From assembly GCA_038087875.1 (NCBI GenBank), contig CM075988.1, positions 12,836,001-12,900,000 of the forward strand: a stretch of DNA of 64,000 bases, given 5' to 3'. The stretch's first letter is position 1; each line of letters begins with the position of its first letter. Under the pieces are notes generated by a model. It saw nothing but the letters and a program-made list of their open reading frames with translations, did no database searches and was not told the origin of the DNA. Positions 12,300-23,758 of the stretch are shown piece by piece. The position numbers were made by a program, and so were the translations under genes. Source of the stretch: Malacoraja senta. Taxonomy: Eukaryota.

Positions 12300-12985
12300 T
12301 GTGCACTAAAATATAGTGAAAAGTTTGTTTGCATGCTGACCGGAATGATCATATTGTATATAACTATAATCAAGCCATATATGAACACAACAGATAGTGC
12401 AAAGGCAAATATTACAAGGGTGCAGAATATGGTGTTACAACAATAGAGCATTACAATTACAAAGAAAATTGCAAAGGTCAGAAGATGGGTAGTACTCCCC
12501 AGCTTATGGGAGGAGAATTCAGTCGGGGAAGAAGCTGTTCCTGAATCTGGCATTATCAAGCTTTTGCATCTTCTGCCTGATGTGAGGGGGAGAGGAGGAA
12601 ATAGCCAGTATGAAAAGGTTTGTGATTATGTTGACTGCATTCTCATGGCAGTGTGAAGTATAGATGGGGTCAATATTGGGACCACGGGTCTGCATGATGA
12701 ACTGGGCTGCGTCCACAACTCTCTGCAATTTTGTGGCGTCTTGTCGCCAAACCAAGCTGTGATGCATCCTGAAAGGATACTTTCTACAGTGCATCTGAAG
12801 AAATTAGTATGAGTTGTCAGAGACATGCTAAACTTCCTTTGTCTTCTGAGGAAGTAGAGGCACTGGTGTGCTCTCCTGGCTGTAGCTTCGACGTGATTAG
12901 TCCAGAACAAAGTCAGGTGATATTAAAGCTCTTGACTATCTCCTTCAACACTATTGATGCTGCCAGGTATGTACACCACTGCCTG
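12300..12985 (-). mobile_element. Rex1/Babar-type LINE 3' fragment
   Basis: Frameshifted ORFs 12626-12910 and 12519-12794 encode ARRAHQCLYFLRRQRK...FRCTVESILSGCITAWFG, LQRVVDAAQFI and RFRNSFFP. Confidence 0.8.
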
Positions 12986-13185
12986 AAGTTAGGAGAGGAA
13001 GAATGGGACAGATCTCATGGGTCAAATGGTGCCCATCTACCCTGTAATATTTAAACACCAGGTGGTAACATACCACAAAAGAATATACATGATTTTGGGC
13101 CAAAACCTATCCCTCCTTCTAAACATGAGCTTACTATATGGTGTTTATTTAATGCAATATTCAAATCAGGTTAAGTCCTAGGCTT

Positions 13186-14052
13186 GTTACAATACAATAC
13201 AATTTATTTGTCTTTTGGACAAATTTGTCATTTGGACCCCTTGAGGTCCAAACGAAATGTCGTTTCTGCAGCCATACATTACAAAACGAAGAAGACCCGA
13301 GACACAACACAATTTACACATACATCCATCACAGCGCTGTGATGGAAGGCAAAAAAAGTATCTCTCCACTGCACTCCCCCCCCCCCCCCCATGTCAGAGT
13401 CAAAGTCAAAGCCCCCGGCGGGCGATGGTGATTATCCCGCGGCCATTAAAGCCACGCCGGTTAATGCAGGGGTCGCGCACCGGGTCTTGGTGTTAGAGCC
13501 CCGGCGCGCGCTCGCAAAGTCCGGCGGCCATTCCAAGCCGCGCGGGGGGATAAAGCCCCGCTCCAGGTGCTCTTCAACCCCGCAAATCGGGCGGGAGAAG
13601 TCGCCGCTGCGGAAGCCCCGAAAAGCGGTCTCCCACCAGGGGACCCGCGGGCTTCCGGTGTTGCCGTCCGCCAGACCCGCGGTTGTAGCCTCCGAATCTC
13701 CGGGGGTCGGGTAGCAGCAGCGATTGTTTCCACCACAGCTCCACCCGCTCCGGACTCGGCCAGCCCCGTGATGGTGAGTAGTCCGCAGCTCCGCAACTGG
13801 AGCCCCAGGTCATTCCTGGTGGTGGCCGCTCCACGTTGCCCAGCCCCAACGACAACGGAGACCCGACAAAGAAAAGGTCAGGTCTCCCGTGCAGGGGAAA
13901 GATTTTAAAGTTCCCCCCCCCACCCCCACCACCACCCCCCCACAACACACATACCCCGACAAAAAAAAAAAAAAAAAACTACATAAAAACGAGACAAAAA
14001 TAATAAAAAGACAGACGGACTGCAGAGGCCGCTGCAAACGAGAGTCGCGCCG
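13186..14052 (-). mobile_element. GC-rich non-autonomous retroposon with (TTGTA)n tail
   Basis: CpG-rich body; the minus-strand 3' end reads ...ACAAATAAATTGTATTGTATTGTA; architecture is shared with 17370-18080. Confidence 0.6.
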
Positions 14053-14301
14053 CTCACCGAATCATGTGCTGAATTGGTCATGATTGGGTTAGGTTTTAAT
14101 ATAAAATCTGAACACTAATCTCTACCCATTAAGTACAATATAAATCCATGCATTCAAACTTCAAAACAACTCTTTTTATTTTAAGAATAAAACATTTCAT
14201 TCAAGGGACCACTTCATTAGAGATCCCATTGTTTTTTAGTGTGAGATCATTTTAATTGAAATTAATTGAATACAGACACAAGCAGATCGTAGATTAAAAG
14301 G

Positions 14302-14523
14302 ATACACCCCAGCGGTATGAACATAGACCTCCAATTTTTCAGGTAGTTCTTGCTTTCTCCCTCCTTCCCTCCCCAGCTCTCCCACAGCCTACTGTCTCCG
14401 CTTCTTCTTCCCGTCCCCCACTCGCACATCAGTCTGAAGAAGGGTCTCGACCTAAAACATCACCCATTCTTTCGCTCCATAGATGCTGCCTCACCTGCTG
14501 AGTTTCTCCAGCTTTTTATCCAC
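14302..14523 (+). mobile_element. Penelope-like element 3' fragment (ORF end plus pLTR region with hammerhead motif), 14-bp target-site duplication
   Basis: CGTAGATTAAAAGG at 14288-14301 and 14524-14537. Begins CCCAGCGGTATGAACATAGAC (PSGMNID, like the PxGxN end of Penelope GIY-YIG ORFs); CTGAAGAAGGGTCTCGACC at 14434. Confidence 0.78.
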
Positions 14524-14569
14524 CGTAGATTAAAAGGTAATCAGAGCTGTGTGAATAGGTATTACCTAA

Positions 14570-15168
14570 TGCCCCTGTCCCACTTAGGAAACCTGAACGG
14601 AAACCTCTGGATACTTTGCGCCCCACCCAAGGTTTCCGTGCAGTTCCCGGAGGTTTTTGTCAGTCTCCCTAATGGTCGAAAGTGGTTTCCGCTTCTTCCA
14701 TATTCCGGCGATTATTTCAAAAAATTAAAAACCAGCCGCAACTAAAAATAGGTTGCCATTTTAAAAATCTGTAATTTTTTAGTCGAAGCCGGTTGCGATG
14801 CTAGTTGAAGGTGGTTGCCGGAGGTTGCAGGTAGTGGAAGGTAAGACCTTTTTTTCACCCAGTTTTATTCCACCAGGGAGGTCTTACCTTCCACTACCTG
14901 CAACCTCCGGCAACCACCTTCAACTAACATCGCAACTGGCTTCAACTAAAAAATTACTGATTTTTAAAACGGCAACCTATTTTTAGTCGCGGCCGGTTTT
15001 GAATTTTTTGAAATAATCGCCGGACCATAGAAGAAGCAGAAACCACTTTCGACCATTAGGGAGACTGACAAAAACCTCCAGGAACCTCTGGGAACCGCAC
15101 GGAAACCTTGGGTGGGGCGCAAAGTCTCCAGAGGTTTCCGTTCAGGTTTCCTAAGTGGGACAGGGGCA
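14570..15168. mobile_element. Palindromic PIF/Harbinger-like MITE (~280-bp arms)
   Basis: TGCCCCTGTCCCACTTAGGAAACC...GGTTTCCTAAGTGGGACAGGGGCA, flanked by TAA at 14567-14569 and 15169-15171; arms are complementary up to a ~28-nt loop at ~14851-14878. Confidence 0.9.
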
Positions 15169-15171
15169 TAA

Positions 15172-15588
15172 GGCCCCCTGCGGTCGTGGCTGACCATGGG
15201 TGTCTCCAGGTTGCTATTCCCTATATGGAGGACGCCTGTGCATGACTTTGTTTAGCATAGGGAGACTGGTGCACAGACAGCCACCCCACGGTCCTTGACA
15301 GATCTGGGTCAGGATCCAGTGGCATGGAGTCCAAGACAACCAGAGACCCTTTACTGCTGCAGCCTTCATCCGCCTTCCCAGCCATTGTGACGCTCCACTT
15401 AGGTCAGCCATCGTCCTCCGCCTGTTCCACCGTTGAGGTCTTGGTTGGATTGGTCTTTGTCAGGGACCTCCCCCTTGAACTTACCGCCATGGGTGGCCCT
15501 ACCTGGACCATAGCTCTAGACGGCATCGCTCTCGGGATCTTAGGTCCACACAAGTTTCTCCTCCACAACAAGGTGACAATCCACAGAG
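15172..15588 (-). mobile_element. RTE-clade (Expander/BovB-like) non-coding derivative containing the 5' UTR
   Basis: Minus strand CACCTTGTTGTGGAGGAG...GATCCCGAGAGCGATGCCGTC...TAGGGCCACCCA...GGTCCCTGACAAAGAC resembles RTE 5' UTRs as I recall them. Confidence 0.6.
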
Positions 15589-15684
15589 AAATTGGTATAC
15601 TTGGCTAGAAACTGGATTGTGTCTTGCCGAAAAATAAATCAGGTTTTTGGATTTGAATATGCTAAATGCCGCCTGGATTAGACT

Positions 15685-15905
15685 GTTCACACCTCGCCCT
15701 CAGCCAACAATTGACCATTGTGGGCTCCACCTTTCTTGAGTCATCAATGCAGGCTCTGCTTTATTTTGTACCTTCCATACTTCCAGTGTCCCCCTCCCTG
15801 ACTCTTAGTCTGATGAGGGGTCTCGACCCAAAACATCACCTATTCCTTCTTTTTAGAGATGCTGCCTGACCCACTGAGTTACTCCAGAATTCTGTGTCTA
15901 TCTTT
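15685..15905 (+). mobile_element. Penelope-derived repeat
   Basis: ACCATTGTGGGCTCCACCTTTC...AGTCTGATGAGGGGTCTCGACCCAAAACATCACC...GAGTTACTCCAG. Confidence 0.7.
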
Positions 15906-16197
15906 TTTGAACTAATCACCTCTTTCAACTAACCTCTTCCCAAATGTCCTGCCACATATTCTGAGTCTTATAACGTTACATCATTTGTTTATTCAGTTAT
16001 TGCACGTTCTTTTTAAACGACTTCAGATTGCACTGCAATCTTTGCACCACCTGCTGTTATGTGCACTTCATTGTATTTATTGTTACATTTATCATTACCA
16101 TGTAAACTCGTTACTCTCAGAGCTTCATGTGAAACCAGAATTTCATTGTACCTTAGTGTATATGACAATTTAAAAAAAACAAATCTGAATCTTCAGA

Positions 16198-16545
16198 TGA
16201 ATAATGAAAGGCATAGATAGAGTGAATGTGGAAAGGATTGTTGGGAGAGTCTAGGACCAGAGGTCATAGCCTCAGAATTAAAGGGCACTCTTTTACAAAG
16301 GAGGTGAGGAGGAACTTCTTTAGTCAGGGGGGTAGTTAATCTGTGGAACTCATTACCACAGAGCACTGTGGAGGCCAAGTCAGTGGATATTTTTAAGCCA
16401 GAGATAGACAAATTCTTGATTAGAACGGGTGTCAAGGGTTATGGGGAGAAGGCAGGAAAATGGGATTAGGAGACAGAGATCAGCCATGATTGAATGGTGG
16501 AGTAGACTTGACGGGCCTAATGGCTTAATTCTACTCCTTTAACTG
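16198..16545 (+). mobile_element. CR1/HER1-like LINE 3' fragment
   Basis: GESRTRGHSLRIKG...RNFFSQ-coding remnant plus a 3' UTR similar to 9040-9553. Confidence 0.85.
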
Positions 16546-17127
16546 GTGAACTTGTGAAATTATGACCATTGCTAATTTAGATTTGGGATTTCCAATGGGG
16601 TCAATGCTAGCCATCAAATGCAGAAACAAGAAATTGCAGATGCTGGTTTACAAAAAAAGAGACAAAGTGCTGCAGTAACTCAGCAGGTCAGGCAGCATCT
16701 CTTGTTTGTATTCCCACTGTTTGTATTCCTTCTTTATCACCTTGTCCCCACCCAACAATGGACCATTGTGGGCTCCACCTTTCCTGAGTCATTACTGCAG
16801 GCTCTGCTCTGTTCTGTACTTTCCCCTACCTCTAGTTTCCCCCTCCCTAACTCTCAGTCTGATGTAGGTCTCGACCCCAAACATCGCCTATTCCTTTTCT
16901 CCAGAGATGCTGCCTGACCTGTTGAGTTACTCCAGCACTTTGTCTCCTTTTTTGTAAACCAGCATCTGCAATTTCTTGTTTCTGCATTTGATACTACATG
17001 GCTAGCATTGACCCCATTGGAAATCCCAAATCTAAATTAGCAATGATCATAATTTCACAAGTTCACCAGTTAAAGGAGTAGAATTAAGCCATTAGGCCCG
17101 TCAAGTCTACTCCGCCATTCAATCATG
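16485..17127. repeat. Local inverted duplication (~215-bp arms) around a Penelope-derived repeat
   Basis: 16485-16701 is the near-exact reverse complement of ~16904-17127, including the LINE tail and apparently unique flank. Confidence 0.9.
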
Positions 17128-17369
17128 TTGAGTTATTCCAACATTTTGTGTCCCTCTTCAGTATCTTCAGCAGTTCCTTCTTATACATCTCTTGAGAATG
17201 TGAATAGGTGAAGTTTTGAGTCAGTCTGTAGAAGGGTCCCGACCCAAATAGTCACCTATCCATGTTCTCCAGAGATGCTACCTGACCTGTTGAGTTACTC
17301 CAGCACTTGTGTCCATTAGTGTCAGTTGTGCATGCACTGGCTTCACCAGTCTGGGCAATATTTTAAGAT

Positions 17370-18080
17370 TTCAAGGTTTCAATGACATTTAATTGTCACA
17401 TGTACCAATTAAGGTACAGCCATACTGTGAAAGGCAACAAGACACACAACCACATAAAAGTTAACATAAACATCCATCACAAGGGATTCCACATTCCTCA
17501 CTGTGATGGAAGGCAATAAAGTTCAATCTTCTTCCTCTGTTCTCCTGCGGTCGGCAGTCAAACCATCCGCAGTCGGGGAGATCAAAGCCCCCGCAGCCGA
17601 CAGTCGAAGCCCCCGTGGGGGTGATTGAAACTGCTGCATCAGGGTGGTTGAAACTCTCCCCACGGCATGGAGCTCCCGAGTCAGCCTCTTCTTACCAGAG
17701 ACCGCGGGCTTCACGACGTTAAACTCCACAGGCCCCGCGGTTGGAGCTTCGATCCTCGGCAAAGGGATAGCAAGCTCTGCGATGTTAAAGTCCTGCAGAC
17801 TCCTGCGGCTTGGAGTGCCAGGTTGGTCTCCAGGAAAGGCCGCCAACTCCACCATGTTCGGCCGCAGTGGAGACGGAGATACGGTACGGAAAAATGTGCA
17901 TCTCTGACAAGGTAAGAGATTGAAAAAAGTTTCACTCAACCACCTCCCCCTTCCATCCACCCCCAACATAAAACAAACCAAGGAACACTAAAACACACTT
18001 TTTAACACATACAAAAAATAACAAAAAAAAGAAAAAAAGACAAAGAGACTGTTGGCGAAGCAGCCACTGCTGGTGGCAAC
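17370..18080 (-). mobile_element. GC-rich non-autonomous retroposon related to 13186-14052
   Basis: Shared motifs ACATCCATCACA...CTGTGATGGAAGGCAA and AAAGCCCCC, a GC-rich core and an A-rich segment near the minus-strand 5' end. Confidence 0.55.
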
Positions 18081-18867
18081 CCTATTTAAAAGCTGAGCTG
18101 AGAAATAAAGGGACAACATTTTGGTCACATCATCATTTGCTAGGTTTGTTTTTTCAGGACCTTCACTATTAATCACTGAAAACAAAAACTGCATGAAAAC
18201 TATAAGGAAAGGTTATAATTTATTCCACATGGAGACTGAAGTAGATAATGAACAAAAATCTTCTGAGAATGTTTACACTGCTTTGAAGTTTGGGAAGAAA
18301 TGTGTATTTTATTAGTGGGTGCTGCACAACATAGTGACAGCAATGCTTTGGGGAGCTGCATGTGTAGATTTTACTATTGACTATTCTTCAAAATACTGAC
18401 TCCTTACAGATCTTTGTGTTCTTGAATGTGAAACTCTTTATATTTGGTATTTCTCATGAAGATATACATGGTCTTTCCCCCATACATAATGATTATAAAT
18501 AGCAGGTAATATTGTAATATAGGATGGTGTCCAAAATGTGTTGACTCTTGTGTATTGTCTCACTGTAGCCTACTGTCTTACACCTATACTTAGTATGATT
18601 GTGCCTTATGTATAATTGGATTATCACTGAACTGTATGTAAACAATAATTTCACTGTACTTAGATATAAGTGACAATAAAGTACCAGTGAACAATAGATA
18701 GCAAATTCCTTCTGCAAACAGCTGAGTGACGTCACCCTGGGGAGTCAAAGATTGCCATTGCTACTTTACATAAACTGCAAAACATCACTGACTGCATGAA
18801 TTCCACCTCAAATCTAGCCCCATTTATATCATAGGGCTGGGTTGCATGGACCAAGCCTATTCACATG

Positions 18868-19073
18868 AAGATAGACACAAAATGCTGGAGTAACTCAGCG
18901 GGACAGACAGCATCTCTGGAGAGGAATGGGTGACATTTCGGGTCAAGACCCTTCTTCAGATGTGAAACATCACCCATTCCTTCTATCCAGAGATGCTGCC
19001 TGTCCCGCTGAGTTATTCCAGCATTTTGTGGCTATCTTCAGTTTAAACCAGCATCTGCAGTTCCTTCCTACAC
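18868..19073. mobile_element. Penelope-derived repeat, inverted arrangement, with imperfect target-site duplication
   Basis: GAAGATAGACACAAAATGCTGGAGTAACTCAGCGGGAC opposed to its reverse complement; flanks CAAGCCTATTCACATG / CAAGCCAATTCTCATG. Confidence 0.75.
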
Positions 19074-19889
19074 AAGCCAATTCTCATGTTTGCAATTCAC
19101 AGGGCACCTGTGGCTCCACTTAACTTTGCAGTCACAGACGGCTCCTTTGATGGCTTGGCTGCAATGACCATTCTGGTCATTGGTGGGGCTGTGAGTGGTG
19201 ACATGGCTGCACACGATGAAAACTTGTACTTCCCCTGGGCAGCTTGATAGCCTTCTGATGGCCTATTCACTGTTTCCAAATGTGCCTGATGAATAGGGTT
19301 CGGAATACATAAAACAATTGGTCTATGACTACTTTCCCAATTATATGATTAAAAGGAATACTTTTAATTTTTTGTTTTTAAATGCAACCTTTGTGAATAT
19401 GAATGCCCCTATTTAAATGAATGTGACCACGTTTTTTGTGTTAGTCATGGAGTGGGTAAAGCTGAGGAGCCAGACGAAATAATATCTGGCTCTCACCTCA
19501 ATAGAAGATAGACACAAAAGGCTGGAATAACTCAGCGGGACAGGCAGCATCTCTGGAGAGAAGGAATGGATGACATTTCGGGTCGAGACCCTTCTTCCAA
19601 TTGTGAGTCAGGGGAGAGGGAGACACAGAGATATGGCAATACATTATGGAATAATTATCACCATATGGCAATACATTATGGAACAACTCAGAGGGTTCTG
19701 ACATCTTAACTGCATCTAAAATCATCAAAGAACCACCATTGCAATTGACACAGGTGACATCAATCACCAGCACTGCTATTGTGCCCGTTTATCATGAGCA
19801 AGTTCCTTGTAAAACGGGTTAAAACATTTTCAAGGAATTTGTTAAAAAATCATTGAATCATCATACTGTAATAGTTTTATAATTATGGT

Positions 19890-20385
19890 TACGTTTATTA
19901 TTGTCGCGTTTACTGTGATACAGTGAAAAGCTTTTGTATGCATGCTATCCATTCAATCAGATAATACAATGCATGAATACAATCAAGCCAAACACAAGTA
20001 CAACAGGAAAAAGTACGAAATTGCAGAATATAGTTTCCAAGAATTCTGGCTTAAGTATTCCTGAGAAAAAATCCAATGCCCACAATGAGGTTGGTTGGAA
20101 AATCGGGACTGTATCATAGTTTATGGAAGGACGGTTCAGAAGCCTGATAACAGAGGGGAATAATCTGTTCCTAAGTCTGGTGTTGTGCATTTTTAAAATT
20201 CTCCACGAGAACGAGCAGAAAAGGGAATGTCCGGTGGAGAAAAGGTCCGAGATTAGGTTGGCTACATTTGGAAGCAGCATGAAGTGTAGATGGAGTCAAT
20301 AGTGGTGAGTCCAGTCTGTGATAGTCTGGACTACATCCACAATTCTCTGCAATTTCGTGCAGCCTTGGACAGACCTGTTCCCATG
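19890..20385 (-). mobile_element. Rex1/Babar-type LINE 3' fragment
   Basis: ORF 19957-20280 contains TRLRNRLFPSVIRLLN, followed by the 3' UTR. Confidence 0.7.
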
Positions 20386-21011
20386 ATTAAAGGTTAAGCC
20401 AAATATACAAAGCAGAATTTGGTCTGGCTGTACCTTTACCACTTACTGTAAACTTAAAAATACCCTGTATCATTCTAGGAAAGCTGATTTCAGACATTCA
20501 TAAATCGGTACCAGCAGCGTTTGAGAAACAACTATGACGCCTCATGTCCTTTTACTTAGTTCTCTATGTTTTGGAGACCATAGCCTTAGACTATCCATCT
20601 TCTATTGCCTTTGACTTTCCGACTGGAAAATATGGCGAACATGAAACACATTTTATCTTTATGCACATGACATAATTCTAACTTTTTGCAGCTTGAGATA
20701 CACAGCTTTGACAGACTGCCATGACGTTACTGATGCGAAAAACAATTATTGATATCGTAAATGTTGTGATATTGCTTCTGGCTGAATGAATGACATGACA
20801 GTTGTAATTTAACACAGAGCAAAGTGAAGTGACGCACTTTGGCATAAACAGTAAGAACACCGGCTAACTGGCTTGGGTCTAAAGGGTGCCGTGGAACAGA
20901 AGACTCTGAGTATATTTCTGCAGAAGTCTTTGAAAGTGGCAGAACATGCTGAGAGAGCACTTAGTAAAGTATACAACCTCCTAGTGATAATGACTTCAAT
21001 TAATGTTCTAC

Positions 21012-21505
21012 AGACTTTAGACTAGAGATACAGTGCAGAAACAGACCATTTGGCCCACCGAGTCTGCACCAACCAGCAATCACCTGTACACCAGCACTAT
21101 CCTACACAGGAGGGACAACTTACAATTTACCAAAGTCAATTAACATAGCAACATAGTAAATAGGTGCAGGAGTAGGCCATTCAGCCCTTTGAGCCACCAC
21201 CGCCATTCAATATGATCATGGCTGATCATCTAAAATCAGTGCCCTGTTCCTGCTTTCTCCCCATACTGTATCCCTTGATTTTGTTAGCCCTAAGAGCTAT
21301 ATCCAACTCTCTCTTGAATACATTATTAACCTACAAACCTGTACATCTTTGGTGTGTGGGAGGAAACAAGAGCACCCGGAGAAACCCCACGCAGTCACAG
21401 GGAGAATGTACAAACTCCATACAGACAGCACCTATAGTCAGGATCAAAGCCGGGTCCCTGGAGCTGTAAGGCAGCAACTCTACCGCTGCACCACTATGCT
21501 GCCCT
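21012..21505 (-). mobile_element. V-SINE with a nested CR1 3' fragment (~21143-21320)
   Basis: SINE tail (21012-21142) and head (21325-21505) are split by a LINE 3' UTR; ATTAAC occurs on both sides of the insert. Confidence 0.75.
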
Positions 21506-22234
21506 AACCAGACTAACGCAGTAAAGCACACAATTCTGTTCACCCCAATTTTGGAAAGTTATGAAGATGCCAGGGTGGGGAAAAGAGGGATGAAGGATTT
21601 CAGCTGCAAGGTTTGGTTGGAGATGCTGGGATGATCTTAGTGCAAATAAAGTTGTGAAGTGATTTAGCAGAGATGGATACGTAACTGAGATGGATTCATA
21701 ACAATATTAAATGGTGTAAATAAAGAAAAGTTTTTCTCATTTATTAAAAGTTTGAAGACCAGGACACAAAGAATTATGCAATAGATACAGGGATGTGAAG
21801 GAAAACATTGTATACAGTTATGATCCAGCACCCATGATCTGGAAGGATGATGGGAAGAGGTCAAAAGGGAAATGAAGAGAGACATAAGTAAGAGGGAATA
21901 ATTTGCAGGGTTGTGGGGAAAGTGTGAGGGAATGGGGCTGAGAGGATTGCTGTGTGAAGAGCCAGCATAAACTCATTGAGTTGAGTGGCCTCTTTCAAGG
22001 AGACCCAGTCAAGACGACAGCAAAATGGCATCTAAGAACAAAGTTTTATGCAGACTCAGAAGAAGTTAAGTGAGAGTGATTTTGTGTTTTTGGTTCTGAT
22101 GACATCAGAAGTAAGTTTGTTATGCAGAAAAAATGCCGCTCACAACTGCTGACACTGGAAATCTAAAATAAAGGCACAAGCTGTTAAAAACAGTCAGCGG
22201 GTCAGCTAGCATCTGTGAAAAGAGATGTGAAAAC

Positions 22235-22612
22235 TTGCCTCGTCAATTTCCTTTTAACTCTCTCCCTCTCATCTTCAAGCCATGCCCTCAAGCATTTGAT
22301 ATTTCCACGCTGGGAAAAAGTCTATCCACTCTCTATACCTCTCATAACTTTATATACTTCACTCATGTCCCCCTCAGCATCTCACGCTCTAGAGAAAACT
22401 ATCCAGGTTTGTTCAACCGATCTTTATACCTGAAACTCTCTTGTCCAGGCAACATCCTGGTGAACATCTTCTGCATCCTCTCCAAACCCTCAACATCATT
22501 GTTACGGGGTGACCAGAACTGCACTCAATGTAGCCTAAACAATGCTTCATACAGGTGCAACCAGATTTTCTGACTTTTATACTCGGCAACCTCACCGATC
22601 AAGCCAAGTATG
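22235..22612 (-). mobile_element. Degenerate CR1 LINE fragment
   Basis: CCAGGCAACATCCTGGTGAAC...GACCAGAACTGCAC is the antisense of CVQFWSP...FTRMLPG. Confidence 0.7.
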
Positions 22613-23040
22613 CTGTACATCTGTGTAGGAAAGAACTGCAGATGCTGTTTTAAATCGAAGATAGATACAAAATGCTGGAGTCATCAGTCTGAAGAAGGGG
22701 CTTGACCCGTAAAGTCACCCATTCTTCTCCAGAGATGCTGCCTGTCCTGCTGAGTTACTCCAACATGTTGTGTCTATGCTGTGCATCTTCTTTACTACTC
22801 TATCTACTTACATTACCACTTTCAAGAAACTGTAGACTCACACCCTGAGATCACTCTGTTAGTCAATAAGCTGAAGGATTCTGCCTGGGTCTCAACAATC
22901 ATAACTTGTCTATTCTGCCTACAACCCATAATTTCTGCTTGTATTTCACTTGTAACCAAATTCAGTTGTTGTCTAAAGATAGACACAAAGTGCAGGAGTA
23001 ATTCAGCGTGTCAGGCAGCATCTGTGGAGAAAATGCATGG

Positions 23041-23073
23041 GTGACGTTTCGGGTCGGAACCCTTCTTCAGACT
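23041..23073 (-). ncRNA. Minimal Penelope-type hammerhead ribozyme motif (best preserved copy)
   Basis: Minus strand AGT-CTGAAGA-AGGGT(TCCG)ACCC-GAAA-CG-TC-AC: CUGANGA core, stem II, GAAA, palindromic ACGU in place of stem III, and a UH cleavage site. Confidence 0.6.
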
Positions 23074-23350
23074 ATTATTGTTCGTGTCTGTTGAGTGTTG
23101 ACAATGCTTTTTTGAGGACTGCATCTACAGCATCTACAGACCAGTCTCTCTCTTTCTGCGCAAGTAGGGACTGCAGATGCTGGTTTAAACCGAAGATAGA
23201 CACAAAAAGCTGGAGTAACTCAGCGGGACAGGCAGCATCTCTGGAGATAAGGAATGACTCAACATTCACTAAGCCAACTCTCTGTTTACCTCTGTCATTG
23301 CTGATCAATTATAGAACAACGTTGAGTGAATGCATTACTTGTCTTTACAG

Positions 23351-23471
23351 ATCCACCGTTGATCCTTGAAACAAGGAATGCTGGGGCATCCGTAGGGCAG
23401 AAGGGAATCCTCCAGTGTGAAGCGTATGCTGTTCCGTCAGCAGACTTCGAATGGTACAAAGAAGACCGAAG
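23351..23471 (+). CDS. OPCML: IgLON (OPCML-like) coding exon, first half of Ig domain 3
   Basis: Acceptor tctttacag|AT and donor AAG|gtattt; 121 nt, phase 1 to 2. Encodes (Y)[39 protein letters not shown](R), matching the OPCML-type motif [16 protein letters not shown] as I recall it. NTM is the alternative assignment. Confidence 0.9.
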
Positions 23472-23563
23472 GTATTTTCTGTCATTGCAATACTTTCAGC
23501 ATGTTTGTTGCAAAATAACATGAGGATTAGCATTTCCTTTTGTAATAGCGTCATCACATGCAG

Positions 23564-23758
23564 TGTGTAGGGAGGAACAGCAGATGCTGGTTTAAACCGA
23601 AGATAGACACAGAGAGCTGGAGTTTCTCAGTGGGACAGACAGGCAGAGAGAAGGAATAGGTGATGTTTCGGGTCGAGAGCCTTCTTCAGACCCTTCACCT
23701 ATTCCTTTTCTCCAGAGATGCTGTATGACCCGCTGAGTTACTCCAGCTCTTTGTGTCG
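23564..23758. mobile_element. Penelope-derived repeat, inverted arrangement, 11-bp target-site duplication
   Basis: ATCACATGCAG at 23553-23563 and 23759-23769; lies about 90 nt downstream of the exon donor. Confidence 0.75.

Noticed and set aside
13257..14083. Overlapping Pro/Arg/Gly-rich ORFs resembling a CpG-island gene start
   Set aside because: They lie within a repeated GC-rich retroposon, with no splice or homology support.
19390..19430. GAATATGAATGC (EYEC) as the missing Ig2 exon
   Set aside because: The surrounding translation does not resemble IgLON Ig2 and there are no suitable splice sites; upstream exons were not found in the window.
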